Part shown: positions 39,773-53,182 of the stretch, in pieces | Layout: every line of letters begins with the position of its first letter | Numbering within the stretch: position 1 is the stretch's first letter | NCBI RefSeq assembly: GCF_009914755.1 | Contig: NC_060928.1 | Length of the DNA: 64,000 nucleotides | Strand: one strand, 5' to 3' | DNA from: the human T2T-CHM13v2.0 reference genome, Homo sapiens | The notes under the pieces: generated by a model | What the model was told of the DNA's origin: nothing | The model's input: the letters and a program-made list of their open reading frames with translations, nothing else | Database searches by the model: none | Made by a program: the position numbers and the translations under genes

Positions 39773-40639
39773 TGGACAGTTCAGTCGACCAGCAAGTGAG
39801 TAGCAATGTGGGGAGTAGAATCGAAGTCTTGATCTACAGATAGACCAGAAGTACTGGGTCCCCTTGGTTATTGAAAAACTGTCATCTCTATCTATGGACA
39901 TCACACATGTGCCGCTTTATGAGGATCAATATCATAGCTTCATAACTGATGAACAAATAGATTACAGGTGGGGAAAGGGAGAGATCTCTGCTAGCTCCCA
40001 GGTTGTCCCTGGTAGCCTGAGGTAGCCTGGTCTTTACCCCAGTGTGTCATACATATATTGTCATTTTCCATGTAAGCCATAGGATGGAAAACAGTTGACA
40101 ACACTGTATATAACCTGAAGGGGGCATACTGAACGATGATCAAAATAGTGGGTTGATTGCAAGAATGAGTTGACAAAATTTTACAATCTCCACTTAGCTA
40201 AAAAGAATAGTGCATGTATGAGTAATAGATATTTCTGCTTGTTAGGGCCTATATACAGGATCATAATTTTCCCTTGGGAAAATTTCTAGAACAGCTTTGT
40301 CTTAAAGTAAAAATTGATTTAGAGTCATTGAAAATTATTCAAAATGTTAATTCCAGTTTTTTTAAAAAAGTTGTTACAGTTATTTCTGATTTATGATGAA
40401 CAGGCTAAAGAAGAAATCTGTTAAGCTTTGAGAATTTTGCTCTGATTACACGAAAGCAGGAAAAACAGCAAAATTAACTTTTCCTTGCTCAGGGGTGAGT
40501 TCATTTTGTCAAAGTTAATATTCATGATAGTTCAGATTGGCCTCAACTCGAGCAGGGCCAGCAGGGTTATTTTCCATTTGGCAGACTTATCTGTAAATGG
40601 GCAAATTCCACATGTAGACAATTATTTCTGGAAATATAA

Positions 40640-40685
40640 GTGTGTGTGCATGTGTATATGTGTGTGTGCATATGTGTGTGTGTGT
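40640..40685. repeat. Imperfect (TG)n
   Basis: Read directly. Confidence 0.85.
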
Positions 40686-42129
40686 ACTTATTGAGAATTC
40701 TCATTAATTCATGCCAAATCTGTGAAAAGGAGTCTACATTAATTTAAAAAAATCACAAAGTACTTTGTTACTAAAGGAACATGTAATAATTAATGACTAC
40801 ACGTGGCTGCGGTATACCCTTTTTTTGTAAGGTTTCTTCCTGAGACTTTTGTTTCTCTAACCAAGTGACAAGATCTAGCAAGGTTTACCTTGGTAGACCT
40901 TTTCTTTGGTAAAGTAAGGGTAAACTTTACCAAAGTGCCTGTTGAAATTTTTCTACAGATATTAATATACTAAAAATATATTTTTAGGTGAGGTATTTTC
41001 TTTCTTGGGTCAATTCTGGAATAATCCAGAATTTAATCAATTAGCTCAAGGATACGAAATGAGTGCAACATGATAGGAACATTGTTTTTAATTTCAAGCA
41101 TATAATTTTATGGGTGAAAAACTGAAAACATTTAACAAAGTCTTTTTTTTAATCCAAAGATGCCTTTCTCAGTCACTCAATACTTCTGATATGACATTAA
41201 TCTTGCTTTTCCTAAATTACATTTTCAGAATCACATTTTCTTTTAATATAATTCAAAATATTTAATATTGTTATGGATGTAGTTTCTCTATAACTCCTAA
41301 TTCAAAATGAGAAAATAAATTTGTGAGTTATGATCTTGATGTATTTTATATTTTTTAAAAAGACAACTCAATTAGATGAATAAGGCTTATTAAGTTTATA
41401 TCTCATGATATTTATTCTTAAGAGAAGAGTTCTAAACAAGGACGATAACATGATTCTTTTCATGAAGAGTTTTCTTTAAAGGGGACTTTTGTGGGGAAAA
41501 ATCACACACTTCCTTGTGTTACACAGCAAGCATCCTGTGTGTTATTTAGAGATCCTTTATCATGGAGGGTGGTCCAGTGGTAATTTACCAGGGAAAAAAA
41601 GGAGTGTACAAAAATTTAATTATTATTTGACCTCAAATAATTATATGCCACTAAACTAATTAAAGAGCAAATTAACAATGTGCCACTGATGGGCAGTCTG
41701 CTGTTTGCATGACTCACTCATCTTTTGCAAAGAATAAGTGATTTGTATTAGAAATGAGTTGTTAAGGATGTTTTGGGGGATAACTATCGCTGTCATTTCT
41801 ATGTTAAATCACAGGCCCAACCTCTGGATAAAAAGAGACAGGCTTATCATGAGCCAGGGAAACGGCAGCCCTAGCCTGATAGCTCTGACTCGAGGCCTTG
41901 TTTAAAAGCTATGACTCAGTGCAGGGCAGCCAGGGAGCTCTGGTCCTCTCAATTCCTTCCAAACCAGCCATTCAGCCTCTAATGTTCAGGTTGCGTGCCT
42001 CATGCTGATTATTTCTGTGAAGTCCATCAGAGTCAGCCTTATTCTCCCAAGCATTCATCTTCATTTCCAAGTGAATGAAGGGGGATTTCAGTGGTACTAC
42101 TGTTCACAGAGCAGAGCTAATAGTTCAAT

Positions 42130-42162
42130 CAAACAAAACAAAACAAAACAAAAACAAAAAAA
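42130..42162. repeat. (CAAAA)n
   Basis: Read directly. Confidence 0.85.
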
Positions 42163-42696
42163 TCAGCTAAAGAAACTGGTAGAAGAATGTTAGTTCTAAC
42201 ATAGAGGCTTTAAATACATCAATGTGGAGTGAAAGGGTGTTTGTAGTGAGTGTGCTCCTGTAGCTTGTGCAGTTTATTTTTATGAGGATTAAAATATCCG
42301 TAAGTATGAACAGCGATCCCCTATTTACATGTATTATTATTGAGCGGATTTTTTATTTTCATTCTGTCTCTTTTTATAACTTCACATATGACTTCTTTTA
42401 TTCATTTCATCCCTTCCCGTAAATAAACTACAAAGACTTATTTTTTATTACTTCTTTATTCAACAACCTATAGTTTAAGATAATTGGTTGATCAAGAGGC
42501 AACAACCTAGAGCCCCAGTATAAGTCACATTATATTTCCATCAGCAACAGCACAAATGTGATAATAAATTGCTGTTGCTGGTGCACAGACACAACAGGTA
42601 TTGTGGCTTGCTGGAAAAACTATATCCCTGGTGGCAATCTTGGAATGTAAACCCAGGGACAGTCTATTACTACCATGCTTAGAAGGAAGCTAAGTT

Positions 42697-42833
42697 GGAA
42701 ATCCAGATTTTTATGTGAATTCAATCAACTTTTAAAGGTTGGCAACTAATTTAAAATTTTCAACACTGTGCAGACCAGCAACCAATTTGCAAACTATCTC
42801 TGGCCCATGGGCTGCCAAAATCTGAACCCTCTG
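42697..42833. mobile_element. hAT-Charlie fossil (MER103-like)
   Basis: GAAATCCAGATTTTTATGTGAA...GTTGGCAACTAATTTAAAATTTTCAACACTGTG...TGGCCCATGGGCTGCCA. Confidence 0.55.
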
Positions 42834-43134
42834 ATTTAAATTCTGAAGTTTTAATGACATCCTTTATTTCACTTTAATTTACTGAGAAATGATCCTCATT
42901 TTCTATTACTTCCCCTCAATAGAAACGTTGCAATAAACAATAGAAAGGTTGGGCCAAATATAACAACCACAAGTTTTTACAAATAATTTGATATAAATCA
43001 ATTATAGTTACCATTTTATAAATTGGAAAAGAGATGCTTAGAGTAATTACATGATTTGCCCATTAGCATGAAGCTGGTAGTGTGCATCCCCTCTAAATAT
43101 TAATATCAGTCTTGTTTTCTTTTCAGTCAACCTA

Positions 43135-43468
43135 CTCTGTGGACTGAATTGTGTCTCCCAGTCTCCGAATTCATATGTTGAAGCCCTAACCCTCAATGTG
43201 ATAGTATTTAGAGACAGGACCTTTAAAGAGGGAATTAAGGTTAAATGAAGTCTTAAGTGTGGGGCTCTAATTTGGTAGGACTGGTATCCATAAGAAGAAA
43301 AAGAGACACCAGGGGACTTTGCACATAGAAGAGGCCACAGAGCTCTCTCTGTGGCCATTTGCAAACCAAGGAATGGGGCCTCAGGAATTACTAGCCCTGC
43401 TCACAACTTGATCTTGGACTTTCAGCTTCCCCAACTGTGAGAAAATAAAAGTTTGTCGTTTAAGCCAA
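43135..43468 (+). mobile_element. MLT1A/B MaLR LTR
   Basis: GGACTGAATTGTGTC...AATTCATATGTTGAAGCCCTAACC...CTTGATCTTGGACTT...AACTGTGAGAAAATAAA. Confidence 0.88.
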
Positions 43469-46279
43469 AATGGGGCAAACAACCACAGCCTCCTCCACTC
43501 AAAAGATCAGATACTGATTACGTCATGTTTCCCATAAGCCAGTAACATTCCAATCATCCATAATATCAAGTTCAAAATATTTCGATGTAAAGAAACCAAT
43601 TATATGGACATTTAAATGTCTGCTCTTATATAGCATATGCTAGGACATAAATACATTTATTGAATGAATGGTTGGTACTAAATACTGTAATGTTTGAAAA
43701 TCTCAGTGTGATTAAAATATTTCCTTTTACTGTTTAATGACAAACATTGAATGGATGTAGACATAAATGTTAAAATTTTTCAAAAAGATATAACAAAAAT
43801 GCAATCTTTTTCTTAAAAATGATAATTTAACACAAACTTTTATTTAAAATATGAGAAGAAATGTTGCTATTTAGACTTTGTACTATATTTAATTTCACCC
43901 AAAGATTATACTTTTTCCATACCTGTTTTCTAATTATATAATTTAAACTTAGTTGTGAAAATGGCATTTTAAAAGAGCTAAAACAAAATCTAGAACATTG
44001 CATTATAAGAATAAAAAGATAATTAAATATAGACACCAAAAAAGTCCTATCAGCATGACTATACAGTATTAAAAGTAATCAAAATATTACTTTATTATAA
44101 ATTATATGAAAAAGTAAGTAGCTAACATGCTCTTGAGCATGCAATGCAGAAAACACAATATGTTATTTGGAATAAATCACAAGAAGACGTTGTTATTTTG
44201 ATTAGAAATTGAATTTTAATAATGAAAATTTTCAATTTCTTTCAGAGTAAGAAAAGTGAGTAATACAAATGAAAAATTGTCCCATTTGGAAAAACTTTTA
44301 AGGTACAGACCTGGATGAAGGGATTATATTACTATCTAATGTCAGAAAAAAATGAAGATTAAGAAATGAAAATGTGTCCTAACGTAGTAGTATTTAAGAG
44401 AAATGAACTATTTGCAAATATATAAATAATCAGTTATTTAGAACAGTAAAGATGTTTTTGTTACCCCCAAATTAAAATTCCTATGAAATTAAATTTTATA
44501 ATAATAAAAAGAGACATTTATTCTCATGATATACAAATATAGGCTATGCTTACTCTATGTATATAAGTGACAGGGAAACTGGAAAGAGTTAGAGGGGAGA
44601 AAGGAGGAAAATGCCTCAATTTATAACAGATGTTTAAAATGCACCTTGGGATACATTCATTACGGACATACACAATTAATCCTTCAGAACCTGCTGCTCA
44701 CATCATGCTTTCCTTACCTGTTCAATGGTTTACACCTGCACATTAGGAGTGCACCTGGTTGAAATGTGAGCGACTCCCAACACCAGCTTGTTAAATCTTT
44801 TCCTATAAATTCTCCTCTTTAAAATGTAGCAAAATAAATTCAGAAACAAAGAAACGCACCTACATAAACAAGTAGATCCCTGAAAAGCATAAGCAGCCAC
44901 TGAACTCAACCAAAAAGCACAGGTGGAAGGAGAGTTTAAAGGACCTTAGAGCACTGTGAATGTTTTTCACAGCGTCACAATTACAGAAACACCTGGTTCT
45001 GCAAACGGGCTGATCCACTGGGAAAATTTTCCAGTGTTCAATGGGCCTCAGAGTGGCTTTAAGACATCGAATGGGGGCTCCATGGTGACATTGAATTAAA
45101 AATATCTGGGATCCCAGGCTAAAGACCTTCTTGGTAACTGTTGTTCTATCCACCAAGTAAGTCTTTACTATGCATTTTTAGTGCACTTATTAGTAGCAAA
45201 ACTCAAAACATTATGAAACTTGCCTGAACTTTGGAGAACATATTGAAATTAATATCAACCATTTATTATATGATGTGAGATCTAAGAAATCATTAGGCAA
45301 AATAATTAGCCAAACTGCTGTCTGGATAGAGAGTTGTTATTTCTCTCTCTGTGTGAGCTACAAGGCTTAGAGTAACGACTATAAAGTTGTGAGAAAGCAG
45401 TGTGGTGGAAATCAGATGTCACAGATTACCCTGGTGACATGTCAGTTGGTTCCTGATCATCTTTATTTCAGTATATAACTTTAAATGCATAACATAAATA
45501 TTTGTTATGCTTTATTACATCTTGCATAATTATAATAATTAAGTCATAACTATAATCACTAAAAATGTATCTTTCTGCTTATTGTTAATTCTATATGCAG
45601 TGTTTCATTTGGTAGTAGAGTGAGAAGATGAGAAATTACTAAAACCTAAACAATGTTTCCATGCATGGCATGTATATAATAAAGACATATAATTGATATT
45701 TTTAAAGTTTCACTCTTAGTTCCATGCTTTGCATCAGTTGAGACGTGATGTAATCTTATCCTAGCAAGTACAGAAATTCTATTTAATGCTCTACCTTCTG
45801 ACTAAAGTCTTCACGGTATGGATGCAATATTCAGTTTTGAATATTGCTACTTCTCAGACTGACCTCCAGGCATTTGTTCATATGTTAATACAAAACCACA
45901 AGTACAACTCTCAATATAAAAATAAATAATTCTGGATTGCTCTCTGCAGCTGTCCTCTTTGTTGATATGAAAAATAAGGAATTGAGTAAATATCTTCCCA
46001 CTGCTATTTTAAGAAAACGAGAGAAAACAGGTACCTACTCACAGAGTAATATGGCCTCACACATAGCAAGTTATATATTTGAAGTGGAGTGGGGTTTTCT
46101 CTGGAAAGTCTTCAAAGTGCTGGATTGCAACTGGCAGGTTTTTGGATATAATATAAAAGGAGTAATAGGGGATACAGTTAGGGTCTTCCAAGTTCTTCAG
46201 CTCTTACTCTGCTTGAGATGGGGAGACACTGGATATTGTGGCAGTGGAAGGACATGAGTGGTTTTAGGTTTTAGCAGTA

Positions 46280-46580
46280 CTGATCACTGATCACTGTACC
46301 AGTTCCTGATTACAGTTTAGAGAAAAGGGAGAAAGAGCAGAAGCAGGGAGACCAGCTAGGAGGCTACTGCCCTAATCCAGGAGGGATCAAAGTGGCTTGG
46401 ATTAGGGTGGTAGCAGAGGAAATGGTAAGAAGTGGTCAGACCCACTCTGTTTTGAAGGAATATCAGATTTGGGATAACAGATAAGATGTGGAATCAGAAA
46501 GAAAAAGAGGAGTCAAGGATGAATCCAAATTTCATAGCCTGTAAAACTGAAAGGGTAAAATTGATTTAAACTGATATGAG
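46280..46580 (-). mobile_element. L2 fragment
   Basis: GAAGCAGGGAGACCAGCTAGGAGGCTACTG...GAGGAGTCAAGGATGA. Confidence 0.78.
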
Positions 46581-46629
46581 TCTAGGCCATAAAATAATAT
46601 TTGGGAACATTATTTTTATTAATTGTGTC

Positions 46630-46840
46630 CTAATTTTACAATGGCTTGACTCTGGAGCTTTAGGATGATGTCTGTCTCTCTGCTATCACGAATAAAGCTG
46701 TGGCTAATATCCTTGGATACAAATACTTGAGAACATTTCTGTTATTTCTCTATGATATATTCCTTTGATCAGGTCAAAGGGCATGAATTTTAAGGCCCTT
46801 GATGTGTATTGCCAAACAGCTTTTCAGAAACTTTGCAAAT
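46630..46840 (-). mobile_element. Old L1M fragment
   Basis: GGTCAAAGGGCATGAATTTTAAGG...TATTGCCAAACAGCTTTTCAGAAA. Confidence 0.55.
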
Positions 46841-46924
46841 ACAGTCGGTATGCTAAAGTAAAGATATACAACATATTTTTTTACTTAACTTTTTATGATA
46901 AAAATACATAATTAATTTAACATT

Positions 46925-47130
46925 TAGTAATACAGTTATGATGCTAAGCATTTTTCATACATCATATTTCATCGTCACGGTATCATATGGTGTAGATATT
47001 CTTATCGTATTTTACACATGAGGAAACAATGTCAGAGAAAGCAAACTGTCCAAAATCATATAGTTGGTAGTGTCAATTCAAATAACTGTCTAACTGCAAA
47101 GGCTTGGACTGTGAATTACTTTGACACATT
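46925..47130 (-). mobile_element. MIR
   Basis: ATTTACACATGAGGAAACAATGTCAGAGA core. Confidence 0.6.
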
Positions 47131-47586
47131 GCTTCCTTATCTTAAAACTTCTGTGTGCTTGTCTTTTGGTGTATTTCTTATTAGATATCTTTAGCTGGCT
47201 TTTTGAAACTCTAGTTGAAGTCTATATTTTAAGTGGGATGTTTAGCCCATTAATATTTACTATAATAGATATTTAATTTTACCTTTGTTCCTTAAATTAT
47301 TGTACATGTAGTTTTTTTGGTCTTATATGCCTCCTTGGATCCATTTTATTTGCATTTGTTTATTCCAAAGCTTTGAGTAGTATATATTCTACTTTGAATT
47401 TTGTTAATGAATGACAATTTTTAAAGACATATTTCAATTTATATTAATATTTTCCTAATCCTTAATTCCGTAACTTTCACTCATTTAACTCTTGAAATAC
47501 GTTTATGAAACTTAAGAAATTAATGTAGATTGTATCTTTCAGAAATGGCCGTAACAATATCTCCTGTCCCACTTATTCTTTTAGAA

Positions 47587-47826
47587 CAGGAGTCAGCAGA
47601 CGTTTTCTGTAAAACAAAACAAAAAAAACAACGCTAGTAAATATTTAAGCTTTGTGGGCCACGTGGTGCCTATGGCAACTACTCAACTTTGCTGCTGCAA
47701 TACAAAAGTGGCTATAGACAATACATAAATGTATGAGTGAAGACTGTTTGTATTCCAATAACTCTTCATTACAATACCAGCTAGCAGGCTAAGTTTGGCC
47801 CATAGGCTCTAGTTTCCTGACCCCTA
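47587..47826 (+). mobile_element. MER58A hAT-Charlie MITE inside the MLT1 5' LTR
   Basis: CAGGAGTCAGCAGAC...TAGTAAATATTTAAGCTTTGTGGGCCA...TAGTTTCCTGACCCCT; 8-bp TSD TTT(T/G)AGAA. Confidence 0.88.
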
Positions 47827-48303
47827 TTTGAGAATGTTTACACTCCTCCATCAAGAGGTGGAAGCTGATTCTCTTCTTCCCATATCTGGGAGGATCTCTG
47901 TCTCATTTGTAACCAATGGAATGTGGAAGATGTGGTGTTGCATGACCTAAAAGCTACGTCAGAAAAGACAATGAAACTTTTGCCTTGCTTCTAGACTGTT
48001 AGAATCCTGAGCCACCAATGTAAGCAGTTCCAATGCCCTGAGGCTACAATGACATGAAGAAGCTCAAACTAGCACCCCCACCACCAAAACAATAGACCAA
48101 AGAAGAAGCCCTGAGATTACATAAAGAGATGCACAAGCTCCGTCCAAACTTGTCTCTCTAATGAAAAAATCTGATTGGGAACCACACAGATAAGCCCTTG
48201 CCAAATCTTGACCCACAGAACCCATGAGAGAGAATACACTGAATGTTGCTGTTTTAGATCACAGAGTTTTGGAGTGGTTTGTTATGTAACAACAGTAACT
48301 GGG

Positions 48304-50580
48304 TGATATGGTTTTTCTGTGTCCCCACCCAAATCTTGTCTTGAATTCCCACATGTTGTGAGAGGGGCCCTTTGGGAGGTAATTGAATCATGGTGGCAGG
48401 TCTTTCCTGTACTGTTCTAGTGATAGTGAATAAGTGTTAGAGAGCTGATGGTTTTAAAATAGGAATTTTCTTGCACAAGCTCTCTCTTTTTGCCTGCTGC
48501 CATCTATCTAAAACGTGACTTGCTCCTCCTTGCCTTCTGCCATGATTGTGAGGCTTCCCCAGCCATGTGGAACTGTAAGTTCATTAAATCGCTTTCTTTT
48601 ATAAATTGCTCAGTCTTGGGTATGTCTTTATCAGCAGCATGAGAACAGACTAATACAGTAAATTGGTACAGGGAGTGGGGCGCTACTAGAAAGATACCTG
48701 AAAATGTGGAAGCAACTTTGGAACTGGGTAACAGGCAAAGGTTGGAACAGTTTGGAAGGCTCATAAGAAGGCAGGAAAGTGTGGGAAAGTTTGGAACTTC
48801 CTAGAGACTTATTGACTGGCTTTGCCCAAAATGTTGATAGTGGTATGAACAATAAAGTCCAGACTGAGGTGGTCTCAGATGGAAATGAGGAATTCATTGG
48901 GAACTGGAGGAAACATGACTCTTGTTATGTTTTAGCAAAGAGACTGGTGGCATTTTGCCCCTGCTCTAGAAATTTGTGGAACTTTGAACTTGAGAGATGA
49001 TTTAAGATACCTGGCAGAAGAAATTTCTAAGCAGCAAAACATTCAAAAGCTGACTTGGGTGTTGTTAAAAGCATTCAGTTTTAAAAGAGAAACAGAGCAT
49101 AAAAGTTCAGAAAATTTGCAGCCTGACAATGCAATAGAAAAGAAAAGCCCATTTTCTGAGGAGAAATTCAAGCCGGTTGCAGAAATTTGTTTAAGTAACA
49201 AGGAGCCAAATGCTAATTGCCAGGACAATGGGGGAAATGTCTCCAGGGCATTTCAGAGATCTTTGTGGCAGCCCCTCCCACCACAGGACTGGAGGCCTAT
49301 GAGGAAAAAAATGGTTTCATGGGTCAGACCTAGGGCCCCCTGCTCTGTGCAGCCTAGGGACTTGGTACCCTGTGTCCTAACCCCTCAAGCCATGGCTAAA
49401 AGGGGCCAAGGTACAGCTTGGGCTGTGGCTTCAGAGGTTGAAAGCCCCAAGCCTTGGCAGCTTCCACGTGGCGTAGAGCCTGCAGGTGTACAGAAGTCAA
49501 GAACTGAGGTTAGGGAACCTCTGTCTAGATTTCAGAGGATGTTTGGAAATGCCTGGTTGTCTAGGCAGAATTTTGCTGCAAGGATGGGGGCACTCATGGA
49601 GTACCTCTACTAGGGCAGTACAGAAGGGAAATGTGGGGTTGGAGCTCCCACAGAGTCCCCACTGGGGCACCACATAGTGGAGCTGTGAGAAAAGGCTCAG
49701 TGTCCTCCAGACCCCAGAATGGTAAGTCCACTGACAGCTTGCACAATGCACCTGGAAAAGCCGCAGACACTCAATGCCAGCCTGTGAAAGCAGCTGGGAG
49801 GGAGGCTGTACCCTGCAAAGCCACAGGGGTGGAGCTGCCCAAAACCATGGAAATCCAGGTCTTGCATTAGCGTGACCTGGGTGTGAGACATGGAGTCAAA
49901 GGAGATCATTTTGGAGCTTTAAGATTTGACTGCCCCCACTGGATTTTGGACTTGCCTGGAGCATGGATCCCCTTTGTTTTGGCCAATTTCTCCCATTTGG
50001 AATGTTGTATTTACCCAATGTCTGTGCCTCCATTGTATCTAGGAAGTAACTAACTTGCTTTTGATTTTACAGGCTCATGGGCAGAAGGGACTTGTCTCAG
50101 ATAAGACTTTGGACTCTTGACTTTGAGTTAATGTTGAAATGAGTTAAGGCTTTAGGGGACTATTGGGCAGGCATGATTGGTTTTGAAATGTGAGGACATG
50201 AAATTTGGGAGGGGCCAAGGGTGGAATGATATGGTTTGGCTGTGGGGACACAAATCTCATTTTGAATTCCCACATATTGTGGGAGGGACCTGGTGGGAAG
50301 TAATTGAATCATGGGGGCAGGTCTTTCTTGTGAAGTTCTCATGACAGTGAATAAGTCTCATGAGATCTGATAGTTTTAAAAACAGCAGTTTCCCTACACA
50401 AGCTCTCTCTTTTTGTCTGCTGCCATCCGCATAAGACATGGCCAGCTATTCCTTGCCTTCTGCCATAATTGTGAGGCCTCTCCAGCCATATGGAACTGTA
50501 AGTTCATTAAACCTCTTTCTTTCGTAAATTGCCCAGTCTCAGGTATGTCTTTATCAGCAGCATGAGAACAGACTAATACA
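48304..50580 (+). mobile_element. Full-length THE1 (A/B-type) provirus: LTR 48304-48657, THE1-int 48658-50226, LTR 50227-50580
   Basis: Both LTRs TGATATGG...ACTAATACA; internal starts GTAAATTGGTAC; purine tract before 3' LTR; perfect TSD CTGGG (48299-48303, 50581-50585). Confidence 0.97.
48984..49613 (+). pseudogene. Residual THE1-int (MaLR) open reading frame fragment
   Basis: 209-aa frame with DDLRYLAEEISKQQNIQ and SPKPWQLPRGVEPAG, typical of the THE1-int ORF; frameshifted at its ends. Confidence 0.75.
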
Positions 50581-52790
50581 CTGGGACAGAATTGGACACC
50601 TGGATGTGAGGTGCTGCTGTAACAAAAATCTAAAACATGTTGCATTGGTTTTGGTACTGGGTGGAAGACAGGAGCTTGATCTCGAAGAGCATTTTAGTAA
50701 AAATTGGAAGGGTCTCCAGAAAAGTGTTAGAATCCTAACGGCCTTAGGAGCTGTCAGTAAAGGCATAGAAGAAAGTGAAGGAAATATTATTGGAAGCTGG
50801 GGGAAGTGAGAGTCCTGTTATTGCGTGGGAAGTTTAGCAGGACTGTTCTTTGCAGTAACATGGAAAAGAGGAAATCAACCTAATCATCTCAGTGACAGCT
50901 AAGATTTCCAGGCAGAATGTTGAGGGTGCCTGAGGAGAAGCGAGAGATGAACTAAAGGGCATATTGTTCAGCTTTCGAGTAGAATTTAGAGGACATATAA
51001 TGTAAAGGGTGAAGAACAGTCTTTTTTTTTCCCAGCGAAATGTTCTCAAAGAAAGGGCCTCAGAACAAAGAATAGGTAAAATTTGGAGTTTTTGTTAAGA
51101 TCTTTAAAAGATCTAAAGTGGTACTTTATAAAACCTTACAGACAGACAAAAGTACCTCTAAGGATCCTAAGGCATGCCTTTCAAATACCATACCTTCCAC
51201 AAATAATACAGCTGCTAAGAGTCTTAAAGTCTTAGCTCAAAGAGATTGTGCTTATATGTAATAGAGTGACCCCCAATATGATTTATTTTAAAAAACCCTA
51301 TAAATATTTTAAAATAATTATTCTAAAGGAAACACCAGAAGCTTGACCTAAAGGAGGCATTTAGACTCCACCTATGAAGGACAGGAAGAAGAAATCTCAG
51401 GTACACATCAGGCCACTTTGTATAGAAAAGAAAGAATAATTCACAAGGAAGAGCCAGGAACCATGGAGAACAATTCCCAGAGATTAGAACTGAGGCCCCG
51501 TCAAAGAACTGGCAAGATATGTCCTGTTGGATTGCAGAATTGCCTCATGCACAGTACATTCTCCCCCACTTTTAGAATGGGCCTGTTTATTAATAGTTAT
51601 ACCCATCTCACCATTGTATGCTGAGTGTGTAGAGGAGGGCAGATGACTTGTCTTTTTAGTTCACTGGCCTTTAGATTGAGAATAATAATATGCAACTTGC
51701 TGTACCTGAGGAACTTCACCTGAACAGCCTGGAGTGTACAATCTGATTAGATGACAAGGTCTCCTACAAGCTTGAGTATAGTGGGATGAGAATTCGTGGG
51801 TTTTGGGTGGGGTTGAGTGAATTTTGTATGTGAGAGGGATGTGATTTTTTGTGGCTAGAAAACAGACTGTGTCAGATTGTATATTCCAAAGCTGACTGCA
51901 AAAGTATCTCCTGCCTCATGTGCCCTTCTAGAACATTGCAACAATCTTCCTAAGATATAGAGTCTAATTTTCCTTCCCCTGAATCCAGGCAAATTATTGA
52001 CTCCCTTATAACCAATATATTATGCTGGAGGTGACACTTCATGTCTTATGAGGGGGTAGATCAGAAAAGAAAAAACAACTTCCCTGGAAAATTCATGTTG
52101 GAGTCCTTACCAAGTCTGTAAGCATTTTCAGTGTCCTGGGGCTGCTATGCTGCTAGTCCCTATGGAGAGACAACATGATTTCATGTGGAGGGTGGGGGTA
52201 GAAGGAGAGAGACAGAAAGAGAGAAAAAGAGAGTGCCTGTTCAGTTCCCAGCTTCTCCAGCTCTATCCACCATCTGACAGCAAACTAATAAAAGAGATCT
52301 TGTGCCAGAATTACCCAGAGGACCCTTTTCTGAATTTCTAACAGGAACCATGAAAGAGAGTAAAAAATAAAATAAAATAAAATGATTATTGCGTTTTAAG
52401 CCACAATATTTTGGAGATAGTTTTAAAATCAGTGATATAAAGCAGAATAGTCGTCAAAGGAGGGAAACTAGAATACTGAAGCTTCTATAAATTGTGTCTT
52501 ATGAATAATGTTTGAAGGAATTTGGAGTTTAAATATGAAGAAATAAAGTATTGGGGTATGTATTTGGCCACATTGTAAATTTCCTCAGTCTTCAATCTTC
52601 ATTTATTAATTGATTTGTTTATCTTCAACCATGTGTTGAAAGCCAAGCACTTCTTTAAACACTGGGAAATAAGGCATTATTTTCTCTGATTGCCACCATG
52701 GGAGATATGACAACCATGAAAACAAATCATTATAATACAGTTTTCTGGACAGGATATTTAAAGTATTTATAAGATAAAATGGTGGCATAG

Positions 52791-53182
<392 letters not shown>

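Larger units (their letters stand above)
47522..52449 (+). mobile_element. MLT1G/H-type MaLR provirus: LTR (~47522-50588, interrupted), internal (~50589-51867), LTR (~51868-52449)
   Basis: Two homologous LTR starts (AGATTGTAT..TTC..AA....G...AA.A.TATCTCCTG.C.CA) and ends (GTTTTA...CAC....TTTTGGAG); internal begins GAATTGGACACCTGGATGTGAGGTGCTGCTGTAACAAA. Confidence 0.75.
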
